Assembly: GCA_036785375.1 (NCBI GenBank)
Contig: JAWMAR010004588.1
Coordinates: 1 to 45,896, forward strand
DNA: 45,896 nt
Direction: 5' to 3'
Source of the DNA: Leucoraja ocellata
Taxonomy: Eukaryota
Each line of letters starts with the position of its first letter. Within the stretch, counting starts at the first letter, position 1. Position numbers and translations under genes: made by a program. Below the pieces are notes generated by a model, which made no database searches, was not told where the DNA came from, and was given only the letters and a program-made list of their open reading frames with translations. This document shows, one piece after another, positions 23,430 through 34,160 of the stretch.

Positions 23430-24455
23430 ACTTCATCCAAGGAACCCAACAGTCCTTTCAGATGAGGCAGAGGTTCACTTGCACCTCCACCAACCACTGT
23501 ATCCGCTGTTGTAGATGTGGGTTCCTGTACATCGGTGAATCAAAGCGCAGACTGTGGCGGTCGTATCGTTGAACACCTTCGCTCTGCCCGCCTTGCCCTA
23601 GGCCAGTGATTCCCATCCTGGGGCCAAATGGCATGGCAAATTTCAGGGGGGCCACAGAAAAATGTTGGCATTTAGGGGGCCACAGGTTCAATGAAGGGGG
23701 CCACAGAGCTACCACCCTTTTGCCTCCTAAATTTCAGTTCTAATAAATTTAAATCTATGTAGTTGAAATATTTTTGATGTTTGAGGAATAGAATAAAAGA
23801 GAATATATGTGCAATTAATAGACACTGATATTTTTATGGAAGGTATTATAATATTGAAGTACTTTTTTTCCGCTAATAATGTCAGGGGCCACAGAAAAAT
23901 TAAAAGATCCCAAGGGGGCCATGAGCTAAAAAAGGGTGGGAACCACTGCCCTAGGCGATCACCAGCTTGCCAAACACATTAAAACCCCGCTCCATTCCCA
24001 CACTGTTCTTTCTGTCCTGGGCTTACTCCACTGTGAGAGTGGGAAACGCAAATTGGAGGAACAACACTCATATTTCGCTTCGGCAACCTAAACCTCAGAG
24101 GTATCAATATTGACTTTTCTAATTTCAAGTAACCTTTGCATTCCATCTCTCTCCAGCCGCCTCCCACCCTCGTCATCAGACTAGTTTCACTCCGGTCCTG
24201 TTTCGTTTCACTCTGTATCTACTCGTTATCACCATTTCTAGAGCAACAACGGACCAATGTGGCCTCGACCTTTCCTTGTTCATCTTTGCTGGCTTTGATT
24301 TGTTCTTTTCATACCTTTCATTCATGTGTTTGTACATTCTCATACCTCTAGTTTCCCTCTCCTCTCATTCCAAGTCGGAAGAAGAGCCTCGACCTGAATC
24401 GTCACCTATTTCTTTTCTCTGCAGATGCCTAACCTGCTGTTACTCCGGAATTATG
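23430..24455 (+). mobile_element. Degenerate Penelope-like fragment (GIY-YIG plus pLTR), split by a MITE
   Basis: QQSFQMRQRFTCTS...CIRCCRCGFLYIGESKRRL resembles 5880-6010; pLTR with decayed hammerhead motif near 24374-24405. Confidence 0.75.
23604..23948. mobile_element. hAT (Charlie-like) MITE, 345 bp
   Basis: TIRs CAGTGATTCCCATCCT / AGGGTGGGAACCACTG; exact 8-bp TSD CCCTAGGC at 23596-23603 and 23949-23956. Confidence 0.9.
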
Positions 24456-24457
24456 TT

Positions 24458-25072
24458 TGAGTATAGAAGCTGGGATGTAATGTTAAAATTGTACAAGGCA
24501 TTTGTGAGACCAAATCTGGAGTATGGTGTACAATTTTGGTCACCCAATAATAGGAAGGATGTCAACAAAATAGAGAGAGTACAGAGGAGATTTACTAGAA
24601 TGTTGCCTGGGTTTCAACAACTAAGTTACAGAGAAAGGTTGAATAAGTTAGGTCTTTATTCTCTGGAGCGCAGAAAGTTAAGGGGGGACTTGATAGAGGT
24701 CTTTAAAATGATGAGAGGGATAGACAGAGTTGATGTGGACAAGCTTTTCCCTTTGAGAATAGGGAAGATTCAAACAAGAGGACATGACTTCAGAATTAAG
24801 GGACAGAAGTTTAGGGGTAACATGAGGGGGAACTTCTTTACTCAGAGAGTGGTAGCGGTGTGGAATGAGCTTCCAGTGGAAGTGGTGGAGGCAGGTTCGT
24901 TGGTATCATTTATAAATAAATTGGATAGGCATATGGATGAGAAGGGAATGGAGGGTTATGGTATGAGTGCAGGCAGGTGGGACTAAGGGGAAAAAAAGTT
25001 GTTCGGCACGGACTTGTAGGGCCGAGATGGCCTGTTTCCGTGCTGTAATTGTTATATGGTTATATGTTATAT
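24458..25072 (+). mobile_element. CR1 3' fragment in the CH2-CH3 intron
   Basis: Near-identical by eye to 11611-12220; tail TTATATGGTTATATGTT. Confidence 0.92.
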
Positions 25073-25209
25073 GTTTCTACTTGCGGTGTAAACCAGCATC
25101 TGTACTTCCTTCCTACACATAGACTTTCACAATGTCAGTCAAGTACTGCCACCGTGAGCACTAATGTTTACACTAATACCCCGAGACATACCACGGATGT
25201 ATTTCTTAC

Positions 25210-25527
25210 CTCGAGGTATACTGATGTTTTGGCTTTGCAAATTGTTTTCATGCCTGACTTGGCAGGTATAGACGGAACCTTTGAACCACTCTGCAGCTGG
25301 GAATGTCAACTGGCTGGTCGCCGAGAAGTTATCGTTACCGTTCACCTGGAAGGCGGGAGAGGTGACGATGCCAGAATCCAATGACTCGCCATTCTTCAGC
25401 CAGGTCACAGTAAATTTTGCTGGAGTGAAATCGTTGACCAAACACACGGCGATCGCTATTCTGCTGAGCTTGATTTCATCAAGGGCACTTATGGTAATGG
25501 AGACGTTAGGATGATGTACCACGCGGT
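25210..25527 (-). CDS. IGHM: IgM heavy chain CH2 exon
   Basis: TTTCAG| acceptor; DRVVHHPNVSITI...AVCLVNDFTPAKFTVTWLKNG...EWFKGSVYTCQVRH...SIPR; donor G|GTAAGA; 318 nt. Confidence 0.96.
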
Positions 25528-25659
25528 CTGAAAGAAAATAAACTTCATTGGAATTGCTCATAAACTATCGTTGATTAATAATGACACCCAATATTTTGAC
25601 CAAAAAAAACAAACAAAAAAAACAAAATTTCACTTTTTCTGATTAAAAGTAGCCTGGAC

Positions 25660-26015
25660 TTGGACTTTGCAGGAAGATTGTTCCCGATGTTGGGGAAGTC
25701 CAGGACAAGGGGTCACAGCTTAAGGATAAGGGGGAAATCCTTTAAAACCGAGATGAGAAGAACTTTTTTCACACCGAGAGTGGTGAATCTCTGGAACTCT
25801 CAGCCACAGAGGGTAGTTGAGGCCAGTTCATTGGCTATATTTAAGAGGGAGTTAGATGTGGCCCTTGTGGCTAAGGGGATCAGGGGGTATGGAGAGAAGG
25901 CAGGTACGGGATACTGAGTTGGATGATCAGCCATGATCATATTGAATGGCGGTGCAGGCTCGAAGGGCCGAATGGCCTACTCCTGCACCTAATTTCTATG
26001 TTTCTATGTTTCTAT
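25660..26015 (+). mobile_element. CR1 3' fragment in the CH1-CH2 intron
   Basis: AGRLFPMLGKSRTRGH...GIRGYG; (TTTCTATG)n tail; TGGACTT at both flanks. Confidence 0.88.
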
Positions 26016-26809
26016 GGACTTCCCGAGATGCTGCTAAATTATTTGTTCATCGCGGTACATCGAGTGCTCGTAAATGTGGACATTATAGCTCGGTAAGTTG
26101 TTGTCACGTGGATGTGCTGGGGCCGACTTCTGCTTTTGTTCTCTGTGACTGTGTCTGTGCTTTTAATACTCTTGATAATGTTCTCAACATGATGCACTCA
26201 GCCGCTTCGATTGTTCGCGAGGTAAAATGTAACCTATCTATGGATAGACCAGTTCCTCACGAATTACATGGATGTGCAGGTGATGATAATACATTAATCA
26301 GTTCTTTTCAAGCTCTCTACAAGTACATTTTTGTTTTTTTATGATTTTGTAGATGGTGAATTGTCTCGATATTTGAAGCACCGCCTTTCGTTCCGTCACA
26401 AGAACGAACGACAGTGCTTCAGTATTACGAATATCGCTCTCGCCCCTCGGTGCCAGGATATAAAACTCACCGTTTTATCGAAACAACACAGCAGATGTTG
26501 TTTGATTAAAAAAATAAGCAAAGGGCTGGAATAATTTGGCGGATAAGGCATGTGTCACTTTCTATTGAGACTTTAAGCCTTTGGTAGTTAAGTTGAGAAT
26601 GGAGTTTTATCAGTGTTCCAGATGTTACATGGCATCTGTGGATGCAGCCACACTTTCACATCACTGTATCGACATGAATTGTCTGTCTTTGACTTGTTGG
26701 ATCGTGGAGCTCAGATGAGCGTTCGACAGTCAGTATGACATGAAGAATAAAACCGAACAGGGCACATTAAGTCAAGTACTTATCTCCAATTGTCAAATCC
26801 TGTGAATTA

Positions 26810-27255
26810 TATGGATTGCATCATGGCCTGTTTCGGGAACATCCAGGAGCGGAAAAGGCTGCAAAATGTTGTAACCACTGGCCAATCCATAACCGGCTCG
26901 GACCCCCCCATCATCAAAGGGATGTATCGGAGTCGCTGCCTCCAAAAGGCAGCCAACATCATCAGAGACCCACACCATCCTGCCCACACACTCATCTCAC
27001 CACTGCCATCGGGAAGAAGGTACAGGAGCCCGAGAACTGTAACGTCCAGGCTCAGGAACAGCTTCTTCCCCACAGCCATCAGGCTATTAAAGACTACAAC
27101 CTCATATGCTCTGAACTACAATAGATTATTATTATTATTATCATTATTACACTGTTATTGTTTGTTTTGAGTATGTGTGCATGTATACATGTAAACATTT
27201 CATTGTTCTATCTGGGACATATGACAATAAAACATTCTTGACTCTCGACTCTCAA
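26810..27255 (+). mobile_element. Rex1/L2-like LINE 3' fragment ending about 40 bp from the CH1 donor
   Basis: ERKRLQNVV...IIRDPHHPAH...LPSGRRYRS...RNSFFPTAIRLL; AATAAA plus CTCTTGA-type tail. Confidence 0.82.
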
Positions 27256-27292
27256 CTCCACCCTCGGCCTCGCACTGCACCCCAACACAAAC

Positions 27293-27589
27293 CTGGTACT
27301 TTCTCTACATAGTCTTTTTGGTTGTGCTGAACCACGCAGAAGATGTCGCCTGTCCCTGCCTCCGCCTCGGTGATGGTTAACTCGCTGCTCCGGATGTAAG
27401 TTCCCAACTTATTGAACACTGCCGGGTAGTCCTTCACTCCGGTGGTCAGTTCTTTATCATCTTTCTTCCAAGACACACTGGCGCCCGCAGGGGAATAGCC
27501 CAACGCCAAACAACCGTAGGTGAACGAACCACTGGAGCCGTGATCCTCACAGGTGAAGAGAATGAAGAGGCTGGGCGGGGATTGAGCCG
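27293..27589 (-). CDS. IGHM: IgM heavy chain CH1 exon
   Basis: TTGCAG| acceptor; AAQSPPSLFILFTCEDHGSSGSFTYGCLALGYSPAGASVSWKK...DIFCVVQHNQKDYVEKVP; donor G|GTTTGT; 297 nt; C1-set Cys/Trp/Cys plus an extra Cys expected to bond the light chain. Confidence 0.95.
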
Positions 27590-27879
27590 CTGCAAGGCAA
27601 AGGCCACATGAATGTTAAACTCGTTAACCAGTTTTCTATTTCATGCAACTTCACCTGAGTATCATCAACTATTAGCTAATCATTCCGCCTTGATCCCACC
27701 TTGGAAAACATTGGCTGAAAACTTCTTGAGGTGCCAATATCTGCCAGTTACTGTCCATATTAGAGTTGGAAATATATCGATAGGCCTCCAGTATTAACTA
27801 CTGTCAAATTCCCAGGGTTTCTCAGGAATGCTCAATACTCAGTGGCTATAACTAACGTTGGCCTATGGGTTACAATCTC

Positions 27880-28350
27880 ACCAAACTCCTTGTTGCAACT
27901 GGGGATGATGGAGTAAGGGCAGAACTACAGGATACAGTGTAGACACGTGTGAGAGCCTCGTCTATGGGAAAATTGGGGAATACCCGCTCCCTAAAGAATG
28001 AGGACCTCGGATATCCTGGTATGGAACAACTCGTCTTGGGAACAGTTGCGCGGAGACGGATGAATTTGGGAGTAGGACATAGAGCCTTTGCAGGAGGCAA
28101 GGTTGGAAGAGGTGAAGTCCCGATAGCTGTGGGAGTCCGTAGATTTGCAATTTATGTCAGTCGATAGTCTAACTCCTGCGATGGAGACTGTGAGATCAAC
28201 AAAGAGGAGGTATGTGTTGGGGATGGACCCGGTGAATTTGATCGTATGGTCAAAGTTTGTAGACAATGAAGTCAATGAGTTCTGTCTGGGTACAGGATGA
28301 AGAGTTCGGGGATAGGGGCCAGTCTGTGTCAGGGGTTGTTCCATGTACCC
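27880..28350 (-). mobile_element. Degenerate Penelope-like RT C-terminal fragment
   Basis: IKFT...LFVDLTVSI...LSTDINCKSTDSHSYRDFTSSNLASCKGSMSYSQ resembles the Penelope RT thumb region. Confidence 0.7.
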
Positions 28351-28361
28351 AACTAAATGGA

Positions 28362-29863
28362 GATTGGTGAAATGATGCGCAATGTTGGAAACAACATTTT
28401 CTTTGCTATTTGAATTATAGAACAGATGGTCCACTAATCCGTGAACAGTGGGAATTGGAATCAATGGTTCAAAGGAGGGTTTGACTGACGTTCAAAATTA
28501 CATTTGCATTTATTTAATTAAAATTAAATAATTTAGGTAGGTTTCGCTTGGGCCACTGTGCATGCCCATGGCGAAATTTTTGATTTGGAGGGAGAGGGAA
28601 GAGTTATTGTTTTATAAATGTGTTCAGAGATCATCTGACAAAATCACAGAAAATGGAGGGTAACAGGTTTTCCATGTCGGGCTCCCGAACATAATTTGGG
28701 AGAAGACAAAAATAAACAATCACAATCTTGTTCGTGAAATTTGGCCTTAAATGTGTCCATCGGACGAAACCAACTAAGGGGGTGGATGGGATTGAAATGG
28801 TAGCTCTGTTATTTAACAACAAACAACACGCTTAAAATGTCACTTTTTTCTGTATTTTGTTGGCCCATCACTCACGAGAATATAACGATCATTTGTATGC
28901 CGACAGTAATTGCAAGTAAATTCCGAAACGCAAACCGGCCGACAAGAACATTACATTCACACCAGATTAAACACATGTATGAGATTGCATTATAAGGATT
29001 AAAAATAACTCTCTCAATATAATATCTGAATTAATAGAGGTTATGTACCACGACTTCTGGAAACTAAATGTAGCATATACATTGTAAGAACATGCAGGTA
29101 TATGGGACTAGGGGAGATTATGTGTTCGGCACGGACTAGAAGGGTCGAGATGGCCTGTTTCCGTGCTGTAATTGTTATATGGTTATATGGTTATATGTAA
29201 ATACTTCATAATTAAATAAATTGGTACAGGTTTCAATGTTTGTCTGTGTGCACCATTGCCTTAATGAATGCAATAATAATCCATTGAAATGAATGTTTAT
29301 ACAATGACGCTCAGTTCCGTTTCCAGCATCTTTAAACGAGTTTACGTTCCCAATGTCATCGGCACTGAAGAACGAATGATTAACATTGTATCTCTGTCCG
29401 ATAGGAAACGAATAAAAAATATACCAATTATAAATTACAACCTGCAATCTATTAAAACAATATCTGAGTTTGCTTCGTGACTTTAACAGGAAAAGGTTTT
29501 AAGTCATATAGTAGTCTACGTTTAATAGTGAAAATGCACAATGTTGCTAAATCAATGTTTTAATTAAATAAATGCAAATGTAAATTTGAACGTCACTCAA
29601 ACCCTCCCCTAAGCCACCGATTTCAATTCCCACTCTGTTCAAGGATTAGTGAGATACCCTGTTTTATAATTAAAATTAAGATAGCAAAGTCAGGGGATAT
29701 GGGGAGAAGGCGGGAACGGGGTACTGATTGGGGATGATCAGCCATGATCACATTGAATAGCGGTGCTGACTCAAAGACCGAATGGCCTACTCCTGCACCT
29801 ATTGTCTATTGTCTAAAATAGCAGAGAAAATTTAGTTTCCAACATTACATTTTATTTCCCAAT
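28362..29863. repeat. Inverted ~160-bp duplication in the JH-CH1 intron, each arm with a perfect octamer
   Basis: 28362-28523 is approximately the reverse complement of 29558-29863 (right arm interrupted by a CR1 3' UTR piece near 29690-29815); ATTTGCAT at 28502-28509 and ATGCAAAT at 29572-29579. Confidence 0.85.
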
Positions 29864-30189
29864 TTTTCTTTTTTTTTTACCGTAACTATTCGTAAAACTG
29901 ATATTTTTCATTAGCAATTTACTAATTAGAGAAACATTTTATGTTTAAATGACATTGGGAGCCACAGACAAACATGGATTCAAAATCTCTTTCTAATAAA
30001 TCCATGGATTAAACGTTATTCCAAAACTACAACTGTTCCGAAATCTCCCCATTATACATTCAACGCATTTTCCAAATGGGAAAAATCGTGTTCTTTGACA
30101 TAAAACAGGTTAGGCAGCAACTGTGGAATGAGAAAACCAAGCATTTTCCATGTCGACTATCATTGGGGGACTAAACCATGGCGAATTCA

Positions 30190-30440
30190 GTAGAGGTATA
30201 GCATAGAAATAGACCCTTCTGCCAACAAAATCCAGGGCCACTCACAAGTTCCACGTTATCACACTATCGCATTCACCCCCGACCCACCCGGGTCAATCAC
30301 CCAGGTCATTTAACCTGCAAACCTGCACTCTTTTGGGTTGTGGGAGGAAAGCTGAGCACCAGTAAGAAACCACAGGGAGAACGCACAGTTCTCACCGTCT
30401 GCACCTGATTTCGGGAACGAAGTCTGGTCTCTGGCGCTAC
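30190..30440 (-). mobile_element. Degenerate V-SINE (HE1-like)
   Basis: TTGGGTTGTGGGAGGAAAGCTGAGCACC...ACAGGGAGAACG matches the V-domain of the copy at 43170-43498. Confidence 0.65.
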
Positions 30441-31692
30441 AACTTGTCATTCGGCTCCCCTCTATGGGATTTGTCTTTCGCCACAGGCTGCGTGACCCTC
30501 TAGGCGTTTGCAACATTTACTGTTCCTATTTATGATTTCTAGTAATATATTCTTATTTTTATTTTTAAACATATATCTTCTTTGCGTTCATTGAAATAAC
30601 ATAATCGGACAACAGAAATACCCGGTCGCTGCCACTCGAATTGAACGTACAAACACGTCAAACTGCGCAACAATATCGTCTCCCACAGTGACCGGCTGAA
30701 TCATACCGCCGATGGGATGAATCACATAACACAAATTTGCTGAACCTCCACAAACATCCAAATATCTCTGTCTAAACACCACCGAAATTCATTGTTCCAA
30801 TGACCACAGAGCCAATCATTGTTGAAATAAAGATGAATAACACAGTACACGTGGATTAACATTTCCATACAATGTGAATTTCCTTCAGTTCCTCTGTACC
30901 CCAGTACACCCGGTACATTGTCATTCTATAGATCGCGTTTCACGGATTTTGCTTTCTTAGCTTTGCTGTAACATTGGTTCACATGGCCAACTCATTGTAC
31001 TTCAAGATAGACAAAACAAGTTGGAGTAACTCAGCGGGAGAGGCAGAGTTACTCCAGCTTTGTGTCAATCGGCAGCGTAAATCAGCATCCACTATTCCTT
31101 CCTATTCATTGTACTTCAAGATATATAACTGCGCAATTAACCCTGACCCTTGCACTTCTGTGTTTTGCTGCAAGATATTTTTACTTCTTCCATGCAAGTT
31201 TTGTTAGCGATTGGATTAAAGGTGGCAAGGCGATTTCACCAATTAATACATACACTTTAAAAACTTGAACATTTTACACCCAGGATTTATCCGTTACTAT
31301 GTTTGTTTCATATGTGCTGAGAAGAAACAAACTGAAACCAAGTACCTGCTGTTGATTAGAAAATACAGTTCGATGCATCGCAGATCAAGGACCACAAACA
31401 ATCTCAAACAATTAGAAAGCATAGTGAAAGCAAATCGATGCAACATTTTCCACTAATTTGGAACTAAACCGCATCCACTTCATAGTCAAAGGATCGAAAG
31501 TCATAGCACATAAGGCGTTTAAATCGGCAATCTCACTGCAGCAAAATCACATAACGTTCTAAAGCAACATCGATCCAACATTGCAATGAATGGGTAATTA
31601 ATGTAGAAGAACAATTTAATATAATTATTGGAAATATAGGTTAAAATTACAACTGGATACATCTAGAGACTGAATAGGATGAAGTTTCTTAC

Positions 31693-31740
31693 CGCTGGTT
31701 ACCGTCACCATGGTGCCTCCTCCCCAGTAGTCAAGATAGG
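31693..31740 (-). CDS. IGHJ: IgH joining (JH) segment
   Basis: Encodes YLDYWGGGTMVTVTS (WGxG motif) followed by phase-1 donor G|GTAAG. Confidence 0.96.
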
Positions 31741-31779
31741 CACGGTGTTACATTCTATGGGGTTCTTCACACAATAACA
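31741..31779 (-). other. JH 23-RSS
   Basis: Plus strand CACGGTG (31741-31747), 23-nt spacer, ACAATAACA (31771-31779). Confidence 0.88.
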
Positions 31780-32109
31780 TGATCTGCACAAGGCAGGCAA
31801 AAAAAAGAACAAAAATCCTGTAATTATTCGTATTTCACATCTAAAGCAAATGCCTTATTGCTCTTTGAAAACAATGAATGCATTAAAAAAAATCATTTCC
31901 AACAATAATCACATATCACGGCCCCGTGTATTAAACATGGCAGTGAAATGTGATAAGAATCATCTACATATAAAATATAAATTAACTCAAGTTACCTCTA
32001 CAATAAAATGTGCGGAAATATTCCTGGACATGTTTATGCTCCTGTTGTATGAAATATTAAATTGAAAATATCATATACTGGCCCAGATCACAGTATTATG
32101 GGTTGTGGA

Positions 32110-32177
32110 TGTTTTTGTATTGGTAGGAACCGCTGTGCCATCCAGTATACACAGTGAAACATGTCATGTCAAATACT
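32110..32177 (-). other. IgH D2 segment (coding TATACTGGATGG, 32149-32138) with 12-RSS on both sides
   Basis: Plus strand TGTTTTTGT-12nt-CGCTGTG-[12 nt]-CACAGTG-12nt-TCAAATACT; the 12/12 arrangement is typical of chondrichthyan D2. Confidence 0.93.
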
Positions 32178-32429
32178 TCGCTCTTCAAGAACTGATGCAT
32201 GTACAGCTAACAGAGGATGGATGTCCCAGGGGACTCTTCGCTGTCACTTGTAAAGCTAAACGCTGTTCTTCTAAAGCTCATATAAAATAACGTTAATAGT
32301 TCGGAAGACAGTTGGACATTTCTCAAAACAATCCATGTAACTTTAAGTGGTGAAAATTCATTAGAATTTGCTTCACACGGCCTATCCTCCGGTGCTTGTA
32401 GGTTGGAGCAGGATAAAACTAGGTGTCCA

Positions 32430-32506
32430 GGTTTTTGTACGAGGAAGTCGCTGTTTGCAGCACTGTGACCCCACTGTACACAGTGAGACAGACCCGCACA
32501 AAAACC
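32430..32506 (-). other. IgH D1 segment (coding TACAGTGGGGT, 32478-32468) with V-side 12-RSS and J-side 22-RSS
   Basis: Plus strand GGTTTTTGT-22nt-CACTGTG-[11 nt]-CACAGTG-12nt-ACAAAAACC; the 12/22 arrangement is typical of chondrichthyan D1. Confidence 0.95.
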
Positions 32507-32841
32507 TCACATACAGTTCACACGCAGGTTTCATTTGAAACACGATTTTAAATGGTCCAGCAGTTCACAGAGAACACAGTAAATATACATAACACCAACA
32601 ATCTCCCTTCGTCTCACTTGCGTTATGGAATGAGTATATTTTCGTGGTCTATGATTTTACACAACGCTATCGGTATGCGTGAAGCGAATAAAAAAACCTC
32701 ATACATTTGGTCACATTTTTGAATATCGTGTTGGATTTGCGAATGGTAGTTTGCCTCCATTTCCCGACTGTTATTATAGCTGTTGAAATAATTGCTCACC
32801 TCTAGTCTTTGATGGTAAAAGCTGGACTTCCCAACCGTTGC

Positions 32842-32880
32842 CGTTGTTGTACGGGTCTGACACTGAATGCTCACACTGTG
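32842..32880 (-). other. VH 23-RSS
   Basis: Minus strand CACAGTG (32880-32874), 23-nt spacer, ACAACAACG nonamer (2 mismatches to ACAAAAACC). Confidence 0.93.
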
Positions 32881-33184
32881 TCTCTCGCACAGTAATAGAC
32901 AGCGGTGTCTTCGATCTTCAGGTTCCTGGCGATCACGGTGAACATATTATTCGAATTGTCTGTGGACGGAGTAAATCGGCTCTCTATCCCTGGAGCGAAG
33001 TACTTGTTAGACGGCGAGTTGTAGGCAAGCAGCCACTCCAGCCCCTGTCCGGGGACCTGACGGACCAAAGACATATGGTAGCTGCTAAGTGTGAACCCGC
33101 TGGTTTTACAGGTCAGTGTGATGGAGCCTCCAGGAACCGCGGTCCCTGTCTTGGGCTGAGTCAGAACGACATCGGAATGGACAC
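32881..33184 (-). CDS. IGHV: IgH variable (VH) gene segment exon, unrearranged
   Basis: Acceptor TTGCAG|, then (R)[100 protein letters not shown]; both canonical Cys and DTAVYYCAR present; followed directly by an RSS. Confidence 0.97.
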
Positions 33185-33357
33185 CTGCAAGTTAAAAAAA
33201 GGCATGAATGGCGAGGATAAAATATTGACCATTAATCCCCCACTCTAATTATCAATAGGAAATAAATTGGGAGGGTTCTAGAGTGGGTAGAAGGGGAATG
33301 GTGTAGGGGATATAGCACTGAGAAACTCGTGAGGAATTTGTCCAACTCATTACTCAC

Positions 33358-33403
33358 GGACTATTAACGCCAGGAACAGACTGAGTGAAACCGCAGACAT
33401 CAT
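33358..33403 (-). CDS. IGHV: IgH V leader (signal peptide) exon
   Basis: Minus strand ATG ATG TCT GCG GTT TCA CTC AGT CTG TTC CTG GCG TTA ATA GTC C|GTGAGTA gives MMSAVSLSLFLALIV, hydrophobic, phase-1 donor; 173-nt intron to the V exon. Confidence 0.93.
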
Positions 33404-33495
33404 CCCGCTGGGAAGTGTGACCCGGTTGTTTCTGTACAGAACCTCGCAACAAACCCACTGCAAGGAAGTTGGACTTCGGCCCCTCTTAGAGAGAA

Positions 33496-33502
33496 TTAAA
33501 TA
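33496..33502 (-). promoter_or_regulatory. TATA-like box of the VH promoter
   Basis: TATTTAA on the minus strand about 95 nt upstream of the leader ATG, with a GC-rich stretch upstream; no ATGCAAAT seen between here and the gap at 33789. Confidence 0.55.
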
Positions 33503-33980
33503 CCCGGCAAAAGTGGGCGCGGCTGTGGGTGGGACCAGTGGTGCAGCGGGCGGAGCTGAGACACGGCTCCAAACTCAACAGCGAGATGGACTCACGATAT
33601 CACATCTATTAACTGATACACATGCACACGAGGTTAATAAAACAGCATGCTATTCCGCCCCTTACACAATATAAACTCACGGTATAGTTGTAAATAAGAT
33701 GGTTGAAAGATTGGGCTCATCGTGCAGTTTTTCGTAAAATAAGTTCGGAATTCCTCAAATTTATATTAAAATGCTTCGTGGTGTGCGTNNNNNNNNNNNN
33801 NNNNNNNNNNNNNNNNNNNNNNNNNNNNNNNNNNNNNNNNNNNNNNNNNNNNNNNNNNNNNNNNNNNNNNNNNNNNNNNNNNNNNNNNNNNNNNNNNNNN
33901 NNNNNNNNNNNNNNNNNNNNNNNNNNNNNNNNNNNNNNNNNNNNNNNNNNNNNNNNNNNNNNNNNNNNNNNNNNNNNNNN

Positions 33981-34160
33981 GACATAAAATGCTGGAGAAA
34001 CTCAGCGGGACAAGCAGCATCTCTGGAGAGAAGGAATGTGTGACGTTTTGGGTCGAGAGCCTTCCCCAAACCTCCAGAGACGCTGCCTGTCCCGCTGAGT
34101 TACTCCAGCATTTTGTGTCTAGGTTCATTTAAAGCAGCATCTGCAGTTCTTTCCTACACA
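33981..34160. mobile_element. Penelope pLTR-derived hairpin remnant
   Basis: 33981-34028 inverted against about 34071-34119 (GCTGGAGAAACTCAGCGGGAC / GTCCCGCTGAGTTACTCCAGC); same sequence family as 5340-5380. Confidence 0.7.

Noticed and set aside
24276-24986. 236-aa ORF
   Set aside because: Chance fusion of Penelope pLTR sequence and a CR1 3' fragment.
32089-32095. CACAGTA near D2
   Set aside because: No correctly oriented nonamer at 12- or 23-nt spacing.
32472-32478. Heptamer-like TACAGTG inside D1 coding sequence
   Set aside because: Lacks the essential CAC and is 33 nt from the nonamer, not 12 or 23.
12743-33403. Alternative assignment as IgW or IgNAR
   Set aside because: Four C domains, a mu-type tailpiece ([10 protein letters not shown]...SCQ), a CH1 light-chain Cys and a conventional VH with two D segments all indicate IgM.
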